64,000 bases of DNA, taken from NCBI RefSeq assembly GCF_009914755.1, contig NC_060935.1. The stretch is one strand, 5' to 3'. Shown here piece after piece: positions 26,301 to 40,789 of the stretch. The notes below the pieces were generated by a model. That model was not told the origin of the DNA, searched no databases, and was given only the letters and a program-made list of their open reading frames with translations. The stretch is from the human T2T-CHM13v2.0 reference genome, Homo sapiens. Within the stretch, counting starts at the first letter, position 1; every line of letters starts with the position of its first letter. A program made the position numbers and the translations under genes.

Positions 26301-29300
26301 ATTGAACTTTCCTCTTGACAGAGCAGCTCTGAAACCCTCTTTTTCTAGAATCTGCAAGTGGACATTTGGAGGGCTTTGAGGCCTGTGGTGGAAAAGGAAA
26401 ATCTTCACATAAAAACTAGATGGAAGCATTCTCAGAAACTACTTTGTGATGATTGCATTCGACTCACGGAGTTGAACATTCCTATAGATAGAGCAGGTTG
26501 TAAACAATCTTTTTGTAGAATCTGCGATTGGAGATTTGGACTGCTTTGAGGCCTACTGTAGTAAAGGAAATAACTTCATTTAAAAACCAAACGGAAGCAT
26601 TCACAGACAATTCTTAGTGATCATTGGATTGAACTAACAGAGCTGAACATTCCTTTAGATGGCGCAGTTTCCAAACACACTTTCTGTAGAATCTGCAAGG
26701 GGATATTTGGACCTCTCTGAGGATTTCGTTGGAAACGGGATAAACTTCCCAGAACTACACGGAAGCATTCTGAGAAACTTCTTTGTGATGTTTGCATTCA
26801 ACTCACAGAGTTGAACCTTGCTTTCATAGTTCAGCTTTCAAACACTCTTTTTGTAGAATCTGCAATTAGATATTTGGACCACTTTGTGGCCTTCCTTCGA
26901 AACGGGTATATCTTCACATCAAACCTAGACAGAAGCATTCTCAGAATGTTTCCTGTGATGGCTGCATTCATCTCACAGAGGTGAACAATCCTGTTGATGG
27001 AGCAGTTTTGAAACTCTCTTTCTTTGGATTCTGCAAGTGGATATGTGGACCTCTGTGAAGATTTCGTTGGAAACGGGTTCATCTTCACAGAAAAACTAAA
27101 CAGGAGCATTCTCAGAAACTGCTTTGTGATGTTTGTGTTCCACTTCAAGAATTGAACTTTCCTCTTGACAGAGCAGCTCTGAAACCCTCTTTTTCTAGAA
27201 TCTGCAAGTGGACATTTGGAGGGCTTTGAGGCCTGTGGTGGAAAAGGAAAATCTTCACATAAAAACTAGATGGAAGCATTCTCAGAAACTACTTTGTGAT
27301 GATTGCATTCGACTCACAGAGTTGAACATTCCTATAGATAGAGCAGGTTGTAAACAATCTTTTTGTAGAATCTGCGATTGGAGATTTGGACTGCTTTGAG
27401 GCCTACTGTAGTAAAGGAAATAACTTCATCTAAAAACCAAACGGAAGCATTCACAGACAATTCTTAGTGATCATTGGATTGAACTAACAGAGCTGAACAT
27501 TCCTTTAGATGGAGCAGTTTCCAAACACACTTTCTGTAGAATCTGCAAGTGGTTATTTGGACCTCTCTGAGGATTTCGTTGGAAACGGGATAAACTTCCC
27601 AGAACTACACGGAAGCATTCTGAGAATGTTCTTTGTGATGTTTGCATTCAACTCACAGAGTTGAACATGGCTTTCATATTTCAGCTTTCAAACACTCTTT
27701 TTGTAGAATCTGCAAGTGGATATTTGGACCACTTTGTGGCCTTCCTTCGAAACGGGTATATCTTCACATCAAACCTAGACAGAAGCATTCTCAGAATGTT
27801 TCCTGTGATGACTGCATTCAACTCACAGAGGTGAAAAATCCTGTTGATGGAGCAGTTTTGAAACTCTCTTTCTTTGGATTCTGCAAGTGGATATGTGGAC
27901 CTCTGTGAAGATTTCGTTGGAAACGGGTTCATCTTCACAGAAAAACTAAACAGGAGCATTCTCAGAAACTGCTTTGTGATGTTTGTGTTCCACTTCAAGA
28001 ATTGAACTTTCCTCTTGACAGAGCAGCTCTGAAACCCTCTTTTTCTAGAATCTGCAAGTGGACATTTGGAGGGCTTTGAGGCCTGTGGTGGAAAAGGAAA
28101 ATCTTCACATAAAAACTAGATGGAAGCATTCTCAGAAACTACTTTGTGATGATTGCATTCGACTCACAGAGTTGAACATTCCTATAGATAGAGCAGGTTG
28201 TAAACAATCTTTTTGTAGAATCTGCGATTGGAGATTTGGACTGCTTTGAGGCCTACTGTAGTAAAGGAAATAACTTCATCTAAAAACCAAACGGAAGCAT
28301 TCACAGACAATTCTTAGTGATCATTGGATTGAACTAACAGAGCTGAACATTCCTTTAGATGGCGCAGTTTCCAAACACACTTTCTGTAGAATCTGCAAGT
28401 GGATATTTGGACCTCTGTGAGGATTTCGTTGGAAACGGGATATACTTCCCAGAACTACACGGAAGCATTCTGAGAAACTTCTTTGTGATGTTTGCATTCA
28501 ACTCACAGAGTTGAACCTTGCTTTCATAGTTCAGCTTTCAAACACTCTTTTTGTAGAATCTGCAAGTGGATATTTGGACCACTTTGTGGCCTTCCTTCGA
28601 AACGGGTATATCTTCACATCAAAGCTAGACAGAAGCATTCTCAGAATGTTTCCTGTGATGACTGCATTCAACTCACAGAGGTGAACAATCCTGCTGATGG
28701 AGCAGTTTTGAAACTCTCTTTCTTTGGATTCTGCAAGTGGATATGTGGACCTCTGTGAAGATTTCGTTGGAAAAGTGTTCATCTTCACAGAAAAACTAAA
28801 CAGGAGCATTCTCAGAAACTGCTTTGTGATGTTTGTGTTCCACTTCAGGAATTGAACTTTCCTCTTGACAGAGCAGCTCTGAAACCCTCTTTTTCTAGAA
28901 TCTGCAAGTGGACATTTGGAGGGCTTTGAGGCCTGTGGTGGAAAACGAAAATCTTCACATAAAAACTAGATGGAAGCATTCTCAGAAACTACTTTGTGAT
29001 GATTGCATTCGACTCACAGAGTTGAACATTCCTATAGAGAGAGCAGGTTGTAAACAATCTTTTTGTAGAATCTGCGATTGGAGATTTGGACTGCTTTGAG
29101 GCCTACTGTAGTAAAGGAAATAACTTCATTTAAAAACCAAACGGAAGCATTCACAGACAATTCTTAGTGATCATTGGATTGAACTAACAGAGCTGAACAT
29201 TCCTTTAGATGGCGCAGTTTCCAAACACACTTTCTGTAGAATCTGCAAGTGGATATTTGGACCTCTCTGAGGATTTCGTTGGAAACGGGATAAACTTCCC

Positions 29301-31842
29301 AGAACTACACGGAAGCATTCTGAGAAACTTCTTTGTGATGTTTGCATTCAACTCACAGAGTTGAACCTTGCTTTCATAGTTCAGCTTTCAAACCCTCTTT
29401 TTGTAGAATCTGCAAGTGGATATTTGGACCACTTTGTGGCCTTCCTTCGAAACGGGTATATCTTCACATCAAACCTAGACAGAAGCATTCTCAGAATGTT
29501 TCCTGTGATGACTGCATTCAACTCACAGAGGTGAACAATCCTGTTGATGGAGCAGTTTTGAAACTGTCTTTCTTTGGATTCTGCAAGTGGATATGTGGAC
29601 CTCTGTGAAGATTTCGTTGGAAACGGGTTCATCTTCACAGAAAAACTAAACAGGAGCATTCTCAGAAACTGCTTTGTGATGTTTGTGTTCCACTTCAGGA
29701 ATTGAACTTTCCTCTTGACAGAGCAGCTCTGAAACCCTCTTTTTCTAGAATCTGCAAGTGGACATTTGGAGGGCTTTGAGTCCTGTGGTGGAAAAGGAAA
29801 ATCTTCACATAAAAACTAGATGGAAGCATTCTCAGAAACTACTTTGTGATGATTGCATTCGACTCACAGAGTTGAACATTCCTATAGATAGAGCAGGTTG
29901 TAAACAATCTTTTTGTAGAATCTGCGATTGGAGATTTGGACTGCTTTGAGGCCTACTGTAGTAAAGGAAATAACTTCATCTAAAAACCAAACGGAAGCAT
30001 TCACAGACAATTCTTAGTGATCATTGGATTGAACTAACAGAGCTGAACATTCCTTTAGATGGCGCAGTTTCCAAACACACTTTCTGTAGAATCTGCAAGT
30101 GGACATTTGGACCTCTCTGAGGATTTCGTTGGAAACGGGATAAACTTCCCAGAACTACACGGAAGCATTCTGAGAAACTTCTTTGTGATGTTTGCATTCA
30201 ACTCACAGAGTTGAACATGGTTTCATAGTTCAGCTTTCAAACACTCTTTTTGTAGAATCTGCAAGTGGATATTTGGACCACTTTGTGGCCTTCCTTCGAA
30301 ACGGGTATATCTTCACATCAAACCTAGACAGAAGCATTCTCAGAATGTTTCCTGTGATGACTGCATTCAACTCACAGAGGTGAACAATCCTGCTGATGGA
30401 GCAGTTTTGAAACTCTCTTTCTTTGGATTCTGCAAGTGGATATGTGGACCTCTGTGAAGATTTCGTTGGAAACGGGTTCATCTTCACAGAAAAACTAAAC
30501 AGGAGCATTCTCAGAAACTGCTTTGTGATGTTTGTGTTCCACTTCAGGAATTGAACTTTCCTCTTGACAGAGCAGCTCTGAAACCCTCTTTTCTAGAATC
30601 TGCAAGTGGACATTTGGAGGGCTTTGAGGCCTGTGGTGGAAAAGGAAAATCTTCACATAAAAACTAGATGGAAGCATTCTCAGAAACTACTTTGTGATGA
30701 TTGCATTCGACTCACAGAGTTGAACATTCCTATAGATAGAGCAGGTTGTAAACAATCTTTTCGTAGAATCTGCGATTGGAGATTTGGACTGCTTTGAGGC
30801 CTACTGTAGTAAAGGAAATAACTTCATCTAAAAACCAAACGGAAGCATTCACAGACAATTCTTAGTGATCATTGGATTGAACTAACAGAGCTGAACATTC
30901 CTTTAGATGGAGCAGTTTCCAAACACACTTTCTGTAGAATCTGCCAGTGGATATTTTGACCTCTCTGAGGGTTTCGTTGGAAAAGGGATAAACTTCCCAG
31001 AACTACACGGAAGCATTCTGAGAAACTTCTTTGTGATGTTTGCATTCAACTCACAGGGTTGAAACTTGCTTTCATAGTTCAGCTTTCAAACACTCTTTTT
31101 GTAGAATCTGCAAGTGGATATTTGGACCACTTTGTGGCCTTCCTTCGAAACGGGTATATCTTCACATCAAACCTAGACAGAAGCATTCTCAGAATGTTTC
31201 CTGTGATGACTGCATTCAACTCTCAGAGGTGAACAATCCTGTTGATGGAGCAGTTTTGAAACTCTCTTTCTTTGGATTCTGCAAGTGGGTATGTGGACCT
31301 CTGTGAAGATTTCGTTGGAAACGGGTTCATCTTCACAGAAAAACTAAACAGGAGGATTCTCAGAAACTGCTTTGTGATGTTTGTGTTCCACTTCAGGAAT
31401 TGAACTTTCCTCTTGACAGAGCAGCTCTGAAACCCTCTTTTTCTAGAATCTGCAAGTGGACATTTGGAGGGCTTTGAGGCCTGTGGTGGAAAAGGAAAAT
31501 CTTCACATAAAAACTAGATGGAATCATTCTCAGAAACTACTTTGTGATGATTGCATTCGACTCACAGAGTTGAACATTCCTATAGATAGAGCAGGTTGTA
31601 AACAATCTTTTTGTAGAATCTGCGATTGGAGATTTGGACTGCTTTGAGGCCTACTGTAGTAAAGGAAAGAACTTCATCTAAAAACCAAACGGAAGCATTC
31701 ACAGACAATTCTTAGTGATCATTGGATTGAACTAACAGAGCTGAACATTCCTTTAGATGGAGCAGTTTCCAAACGCACTTTCTGTAGAATCTGCAAGTGG
31801 ATATTTGGACCTCTCTGAGGATTTCGTTGGAAACGGGATAAA
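20396..31842 (+). repeat. Second copy of 14-HOR super-unit A..N (11,895-bp period)
   Basis: Same haplotype order as 1-20395. Offsets are 20392 (18->20410), 18692 (2568->21260) and 11895 (12764->24659). 20392 = 11895+1700+6797. Confidence 0.92.
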
Positions 31843-34800
31843 CTTCCCAGAACTACACGGAAGCATTCTGAGAATGTTCTTTGTGATGTTTGCATTGAAC
31901 TCACAGAGTTGAACATGGCTTTCATAGTTCAGCTTTCAAACACTCTTTTTGTAGAATCTGCAAGTGGATATTTGGACCACTTTGTGGCCTTCCTTCGAAA
32001 CGGGTATATCTTCACATCAAACCTAGACAGAAGCATTCTCAGAATGTTTCCTGTGATGACTGCATTCAACTCACAGAGGTGAAAAATCCTGTTGATGGAG
32101 CAGTTTTGAAACTCTCTTTCTTTGGATTCTGCAAGTGGATATGTGGACCTCTGTGAAGATTTCGTTGGAAACGGGTTCATCTTCACAGAAAAACTAAACA
32201 GGAGCATTCTCAGAAACTGCTTTGTGATGTTTGTGTTCCACTTCAAGAATTGAACTTTCCTCTTGACAGAGCAGCTCTGAAACCCTCTTTTTCTAGAATC
32301 TGCAAGTGGACATTTGGAGGGCTTTGAGGCCTGTGGTGGAAAAGGAAAATCTTCACATAAAAACTAGATGGAAGCATTCTCAGAAACTACTTTGTGATGA
32401 TTGCATTCGACCCACAGAGTTGAACATTCCTATAGATAGAGCAGGTTGTAAAGAATCTTTTTGTAGAATCTGCGATTGGAGATTTGCACTGCTTTGAGGC
32501 CTACTGTAGTAAAGGAAATAACTTCATCTAAAAACCAAACGGAAGCATTCAGAGACAATTCTTAGTGATCATTGGATTGAACTAACAGAGCTGAACATGC
32601 CTTTAGATTGCGCAGTTTCCAAACACACTTTCTGTAGAATCTGCAAGTGGATATTTGGACCTCTCTGAGGATTTCGTTGGAAACGGGATAAACTTCCCAG
32701 AACTACACGGAAGCATTCTGAGAAACTTCTTTGTGATGTTTGCATTCAACTCACAGGGTTGAAACTTGCTTTCATAGTTCAGCTTTCAAACACTCTTTTT
32801 GTAGAATCTGCAAGTGGATATTTGGACCACTTTGTGGCCTTCCTTCGAAACGGGTATATCTTCACATCAAACCTAGACAGAAGCATTCTCAGAATGTTTC
32901 CTGTGATGACTGCATTCAACACACAGAGATGAACAATCCTGCTGATGGAGCAGTTTTGAAACTCTCTTTCTTTGGATTCTGCAAGTGGATATGTGGACCT
33001 CTGTGAGGATTTCGTTGGAAACGGGTTCATCTTCACAGAAAAACTAAACAGAAGCATTCTCAGAAACTGCTTTGTGATGGTTGTGTTCCACTTCAAGAAT
33101 TGAACTTTCCTCTTGACAGAGCAGCTCTGAAACCCTCTTTTTCTAGAATCTGCAAGTGGACATTTGGAGGGCTTTGGGGCCTGTGGTGGAAAAGGAAAAT
33201 CTTCACATAAAAACTAGATGGAAGCATTCTCACAAACTACTTTGTGATGATTGCATTCGACTCACAGAGTTGAACATTCCTATAGATAGAGCAGGTTGTA
33301 AACAATCTTTTTGTAGAATCTGCGATTGGAGATTTGGACTGCTTTGAGGCCTACTGTAGTAAAGGAAATAACTTCATCTAAAAACCAAACGGAAGCATTC
33401 ACAGACAATTCTTAGTGATCATTGGATTGAACTAACAGAGCTGAACATTCCTTTAGATGGCGCAGTTTCCAAACACACTTTCTGTAGAATCTGCCACTGG
33501 ATATTTGGACCTCTCTGAGGATTTCGTTGGAAATGGGATAAACATCCCAGAACTACACGGAAGCATTCTGAGAAACTTCTTTGTGATGTTTGCATTCAAC
33601 TCACAGAGTTGAACCTTGCTTTCATAGTTCAGCTTTCAAACACTCTTTTTGTAGAATCTGCAAGTGGATATTTGGACCACTTTGTGGCCTTCCTTCGAAA
33701 CGGGTATATCTTCACATCAAACCTAGACAGAAGCATTCTCAGAATGTTTCCTGTGATGACTGCATTCAACTCACAGAGGTGAACAATCCTGCTGATGGAG
33801 CAGTTTTGAAACTCTCTTTCTTTGGATTCTGCAAGTGGATATGTGGACCTCTGTGAAGATTTCGTTGGAAACGGGTTCATCTTCACAGAAAAACTAAACA
33901 GGAGCATTCTCAGAAACTGCTTTGTGATGTTTGTGTTCCACTTCAGGAATTGAACTTTCCTCTTGACAGTGCAGCTCTGAAACCCTCTTTTTCTAGAATC
34001 TGCAAGTGGACATTTGGAGGGCTTTGAGGCCTGTGGTGGAAAAGGAAAATCTTCACATAAAAACTAGATGGAAGCATTCTCAGAAACTACTTTGTGATGA
34101 TTGCATTCGACTCACAGAGTTGAACATTCCTATAGATAGAGCAGGTTGTAAACAATCTTTTTGTAGAATCTGCGATTGGAGATTTGGACTGCTTTGAGGC
34201 CTACTGTAGTAAAGGAAATAACTTCATCTAAAAACCAAACAGAAGCATTCACAGACAATTCTTAGTGATCATTGGATTGAACTAACAGAGCTGAACATTC
34301 CTTTAGATGGCGCAGATTCCAAACACACTTTCTGTAGAATCTGCAAGTGGATATTTGGACCTCTCTGAGGATTTCGTTGGAAACGGGATAAACTTCCCAG
34401 AACTACACGAAAGCATTCTGAGAAACTTCTTTGTGATGTTTGCATTCAACTCACAGACTTGAACCTTGCTTTCATAGTTCAGCTTTCAAATACTCTTTTT
34501 GTAGAATCTGCAAGTGGATATTTGGACCACTTTGTGGCCTTCCTTCGAAACGGGTATATCTTCACATCAAACCTAGACAGAAGCATTCTCAGAATGTTTC
34601 CTGTGATGACTGCATTCAACTCACAGAGGTGAACCATCCTGTTGATGGGGCAGTTTTGAAACTTCCTTTCTTTGGATTCTGCAAGTGGATATGTGGACCT
34701 CTGTGAAGATTTCGTTGGAAACGGGTTCATCTTCACAGAAAAATTAACAGGAGCATTCTCACAAACTGCTTTGTGAGGTTTGTGTTCCACTTCAGGAATT

Positions 34801-37800
34801 GAACTTTCCTCTTGACAGAGCAGCTCTGAAACCCTCTTTTTCTAGAATCTGCAAGTGGACATTTGGAGGGCTTTGAGGCCTGTGGTGGAAAAGGAAAATC
34901 TTCACATAAAAACTAGATGGAAGCATTCTCAGAAACTACTTTGTGATGATTGCATTCGACTCACAGAGTTGAACATTCCTATAGAGAGAGCAGGTTGTAA
35001 ACAATCTTTTTGTAGAATCTGCGATTGGAGATTTGGACTGCTTTGAGGCCTACTGTAGTAAAGGAAATAACTTCATTTAAAAACCAAACGGAAGCATTCA
35101 CAGACAATTCTTAGTGATCATTGGATTGAACTAACAGAGCTGAACATTCCTTTAGATGGCGCAGTTTCCAAACACACTTTCTGTAGAATCTGCAAGGGGA
35201 TATTTGGACCTCTCTGAGGATTTCGTTGGAAACGGGATAAACTTCCCAGAACTACACGGAAGCATTCTGAGAAACTTCTTTGTGATGTTTGCATTCAACT
35301 CACAGAGTTGAACCTTGCTTTCATAGTTCAGCTTTCAAACACTCTTTTTGTAGAACCTGCAAGTAGATATTTGGACCACTTTGTGGCCTTCCTTCGAAAC
35401 GGGTATATCTTCACATCAAACCTAGACAGAAGCATTCTCAGAATGTTTCCTGTGATGGCTGCATTCAACTCACAGAGGTGAACAATCCTGTTGATGGAGC
35501 AGTTTTGAAACTCTCTTTCTTTAGATTCTGCATGTGGATATGTGGACCTCTGTGAAGATTTCGTTGGAAACGGGTTCATCTTCACAGAAAAACTAAACAG
35601 GAGCATTCTCAGAAACTGCTTTGTGATGTTTGTGTTCCACTTCAGCAATTGAACTTTCCTCTTGACAGAGTAGCTCTGAAACCCTCTTTTTCTAGAATCT
35701 GCAAGTGGACATTTGGAGGGCTTTGAGGCCTGTGGTGGAAAAGGAAAATCTTCACATAAAAACTAGATGGAAGCATTCTCAGAAACTACTTTGTGATGAT
35801 TGCATTCGACTCACAGAGTTGAACATTCCTATAGATAGAGCAGGTTGTAAACAATCTTTTTGTAGAATCTGCGATTGGAGATTTGGACTGCTTTGAGGCC
35901 TACTGTAGTAAAGGAAATAACTTCATCTAAAAACCAAACGGAAGCATTCACAGACAATTCTTACTGATCATTTGATTGAACTAACCGAGCTGAACATTCC
36001 TTTAGATGGAGCAGTTTCCAAACACACTTTCTGTAGAATCTGCAAGTGGACATTTGGACCTCTCTGAGGGTTTCGTTGGAAACGGGATAAACTTCCCAGA
36101 ACTACACGGAAGCATTCTGAGAATGTTCTTTGTGATGTTTGCATTGAACTCACAGAGTTGAACATGGCTTTCATAGTTCAGCTTTCAAACACTCTTTTTG
36201 TAGAATCTGCAAGTGGATATTTGGACCACTTTGTGGCCTTCCTTCGAAACGGGTATATCTTCACATCAAACCTAGACAGAAGCATTCTCAGAATGTTTCC
36301 TGTGATGACTGCATTCAACTCACAGAGGTGAAAAATCCTGTTGATGGAGCAGTTTTGAAACTCTCTTTCTTTGGATTCTGCAAGTGGATATGTGGACCTC
36401 TGTGAAGATTTCGTTGGAAACGGGTTCATCTTCACAGAAAAACTAAACAGGAGCATTCTCAGAAACTGCTTTGTGATGTTTGTGTTCCACTTCAAGAATT
36501 GAACTTTCCTCTTGACAGAGCAGCTCTGAAACCCTCTTTTTCTAGAATCTGCAAGTGGACATTTGGAGGGCTTTGAGGCCTGTGGTGGAAAAGGAAAATC
36601 TTCACATAAAAACTAGATGGAAGCATTCTCAGAAACTACTTTGTGATGATTGCATTCGACCCACAGAGTTGAACATTCCTATAGATAGAGCAGGTTGTAA
36701 AGAATCTTTTTGTAGAATCTGCGATTGGAGATTTGCACTGCTTTGAGGCCTACTGTAGTAAAGGAAATAACTTCATCTAAAAACCAAACGGAAGCATTCA
36801 GAGACAATTCTTAGTGATCATTGGATTGAACTAACAGAGCTGAACATGCCTTTAGATTGCGCAGTTTCCAAACACACTTTCTGTAGAATCTGCAAGTGGA
36901 TATTTGGACCTCTCTGAGGATTTCGTTGGAAACGGGATAAACTTCCCAGAACTACACGGAAGCATTCTGAGAAACTTCTTTGTGATGTTTGCATTCAACT
37001 CACAGGGTTGAAACTTGCTTTCATAGTTCAGCTTTCAAACACTCTTTTTGTAGAATCTGCAAGTGGATATTTGGACCACTTTGTGGCCTTCCTTCGAAAC
37101 GGGTATATCTTCACATCAAACCTAGACAGAAGCATTCTCAGAATGTTTCCTGTGATGACTGCATTCAACACACAGAGATGAACAATCCTGCTGATGGAGC
37201 AGTTTTGAAACTCTCTTTCTTTGGATTCTGCAAGTGGATATGTGGACCTCTGTGAGGATTTCGTTGGAAACGGGTTCATCTTCACAGAAAAACTAAACAG
37301 AAGCATTCTCAGAAACTGCTTTGTGATGGTTGTGTTCCACTTCAAGAATTGAACTTTCCTCTTGACAGAGCAGCTCTGAAACCCTCTTTTTCTAGAATCT
37401 GCAAGTGGACATTTGGAGGGCTTTGGGGCCTGTGGTGGAAAAGGAAAATCTTCACATAAAAACTAGATGGAAGCATTCTCACAAACTACTTTGTGATGAT
37501 TGCATTCGACTCACAGAGTTGAACATTCCTATAGATAGAGCAGGTTGTAAACAATCTTTTTGTAGAATCTGCGATTGGAGATTTGGACTGCTTTGAGGCC
37601 TACTGTAGTAAAGGAAATAACTTCATCTAAAAACCAAACGGAAGCATTCACAGACAATTCTTAGTGATCATTGGATTGAACTAACAGAGCTGAACATTCC
37701 TTTAGATGGCGCAGTTTCCAAACACACTTTCTGTAGAATCTGCCACTGGATATTTGGACCTCTCTGAGGATTTCGTTGGAAATGGGATAAACATCCCAGA

Positions 37801-40372
37801 ACTACACGGAAGCATTCTGAGAAACTTCTTTGTGATGTTTGCATTCAACTCACAGAGTTGAACCTTGCTTTCATAGTTCAGCTTTCAAACACTCTTTTTG
37901 TAGAATCTGCAAGTGGATATTTGGACCACTTTGTGGCCTTCCTTCGAAACGGGTATATCTTCACATCAAACCTAGACAGAAGCATTCTCAGAATGTTTCC
38001 TGTGATGACTGCATTCAACTCACAGAGGTGAACAATCCTGCTGATGGAGCAGTTTTGAAACTCTCTTTCTTTGGATTCTGCAAGTGGATATGTGGACCTC
38101 TGTGAAGATTTCGTTGGAAACGGGTTCATCTTCACAGAAAAACTAAACAGGAGCATTCTCAGAAACTGCTTTGTGATGTTTGTGTTCCACTTCAGGAATT
38201 GAACTTTCCTCTTGACAGTGCAGCTCTGAAACCCTCTTTTTCTAGAATCTGCAAGTGGACATTTGGAGGGCTTTGAGGCCTGTGGTGGAAAAGGAAAATC
38301 TTCACATAAAAACTAGATGGAAGCATTCTCAGAAACTACTTTGTGATGATTGCATTCGACTCACAGAGTTGAACATTCCTATAGATAGAGCAGGTTGTAA
38401 ACAATCTTTTTGTAGAATCTGCGATTGGAGATTTGGACTGCTTTGAGGCCTACTGTAGTAAAGGAAATAACTTCATCTAAAAACCAAACAGAAGCATTCA
38501 CAGACAATTCTTAGTGATCATTGGATTGAACTAACAGAGCTGAACATTCCTTTAGATGGCGCAGATTCCAAACACACTTTCTGTAGAATCTGCAAGTGGA
38601 TATTTGGACCTCTCTGAGGATTTCGTTGGAAACGGGATAAACTTCCCAGAACTACACGAAAGCATTCTGAGAAACTTCTTTGTGATGTTTGCATTCAACT
38701 CACAGACTTGAACCTTGCTTTCATAGTTCAGCTTTCAAATACTCTTTTTGTAGAATCTGCAAGTGGATATTTGGACCACTTTGTGGCCTTCCTTCGAAAC
38801 GGGTATATCTTCACATCAAACCTAGACAGAAGCATTCTCAGAATGTTTCCTGTGATGACTGCATTCAACTCACAGAGGTGAACCATCCTGTTGATGGGGC
38901 AGTTTTGAAACTTCCTTTCTTTGGATTCTGCAAGTGGATATGTGGACCTCTGTGAAGATTTCGTTGGAAACGGGTTCATCTTCACAGAAAAATTAACAGG
39001 AGCATTCTCACAAACTGCTTTGTGAGGTTTGTGTTCCACTTCAGGAATTGAACTTTCCTCTTGAGAGAGCAGCTCTGAAACCCTCTTTTTCTAGAATCTG
39101 CAAGTGGACATTTGGAGGGCTTTGAGGCCTGTGGTGGAAAAGGAAAATCTTCACATAAAAACTAGATGGAAGCATTCTCAGAAACTACTTTGTGATGATT
39201 GCATTCGACTCACAGAGTTGAACATTCCTATAGAGAGAGCAGGTTGTAAACAATCTTTTTGTAGAATCTGCGATTGGAGATTTCGACTGCTTTGAGGCCT
39301 ACTGTAGTAAAGGAAATAACTTCATTTAAAAACCAAACGGAAGCATTCACAGACAATTCTTAGTGATCATTGGATTGAACTAACAGAGCTGAACATTCCT
39401 TTAGATGGCGCAGTTTCCAAACACACTTTCTGTAGAATCTGCAAGGGGATATTTGGACCTCTCTGAGGATTTCGTTGGAAACGGGATAAACTTCCCAGAA
39501 CTACACGGAAGCATTCTGAGAAACTTCTTTGTGATGTTTGCATTCAACTCACAGAGTTGAACCTTGCTTTCATAGTTCAGCTTTCAAACACTCTTTTTGT
39601 AGAATCTGCAAGTAGATATTTGGACCACTTTGTGGCCTTCCTTCGAAACGGGTATATCTTCACATCAAACCTAGACAGAAGCATTCTCAGAATGTTTCCT
39701 GTGATGGCTGCATTCAACTCACAGAGGTGAACAATCCTGTTGATGGAGCAGTTTTGAAACTCTCTTTCTTTAGATTCTGCATGTGGATATGTGGACCTCT
39801 GTGAAGATTTCGTTGGAAACGGGTTCATCTTCACAGAAAAACTAAACAGGAGCATTCTCAGAAACTGCTTTGTGATGTTTGTGTTCCACTTCAGCAATTG
39901 AACTTTCCTCTTGACAGAGTAGCTCTGAAACCCTCTTTTTCTAGAATCTGCAAGTGGACATTTGGAGGGCTTTGAGGCCTGTGGTGGAAAAGGAAAATCT
40001 TCACATAAAAACTAGATGGAAGCATTCTCAGAAACTACTTTGTGATGATTGCATTCGACTCACAGAGTTGAACATTCCTATAGATAGAGCAGGTTGTAAA
40101 CAATCTTTTTGTAGAATCTGCGATTGGAGATTTGGACTGCTTTGAGGCCTACTGTAGTAAAGGAAATAACTTCATCTAAAAACCAAACGGAAGCATTCAC
40201 AGACAATTCTTAGTGATCATTTGATTGAACTAACCGAGCTGAACATTCCTTTAGATGGAGCAGTTTCCAAACACACTTTCTGTAGAATCTGCAAGTGGAC
40301 ATTTGGACCTCTCTGAGGGTTTCGTTGGAAACGGGATAAACTTCCCAGAACTACACGGAAGCATTCTGAGAA
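31822..40372 (+). repeat. Tandem duplication of 5 HORs (4,249-bp period)
   Basis: 32306->36555, 33156->37405, 34006->38255 and 34855->39104 share private variants. The chimeric junction HOR switches type at 36071-36123. Outer limits are approximate. Confidence 0.92.
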
Positions 40373-40789
40373 AATTCTTTGTGATGTTTGCATTCAACTC
40401 ACAGAGTTGAACCTTGCTTTCATAGTTCAGCTTTCAAACACTCTTTTTGTAGAATCTGCAAGTGGATATTCGGACCACTTTGTGGCCTTCCTTCGAAACG
40501 GGTATATCTTCACATCAAACCTAGACAGAAGCATTCTCAGAATGTTTCCTGTGATGACTGCATTCAACTCACAGAGGTGAACAATCCTGTTGATGGAGCA
40601 GTTTTGAAACTCTCTTTCTTTGGATTCTGCAAGTGGATATGTGGACCTCTGTGAAGATTTCGTTGGAAACGGGTTCATCTTCACAGAAAAACTAAACAGG
40701 AGCATTCTCAGAAACTGCTTTGTGATGTTTGTGTTCCACTTCAAGAATTGAACTTTCCTCTTGACAGAGCAGCTCTGAAACCCTCTTTT

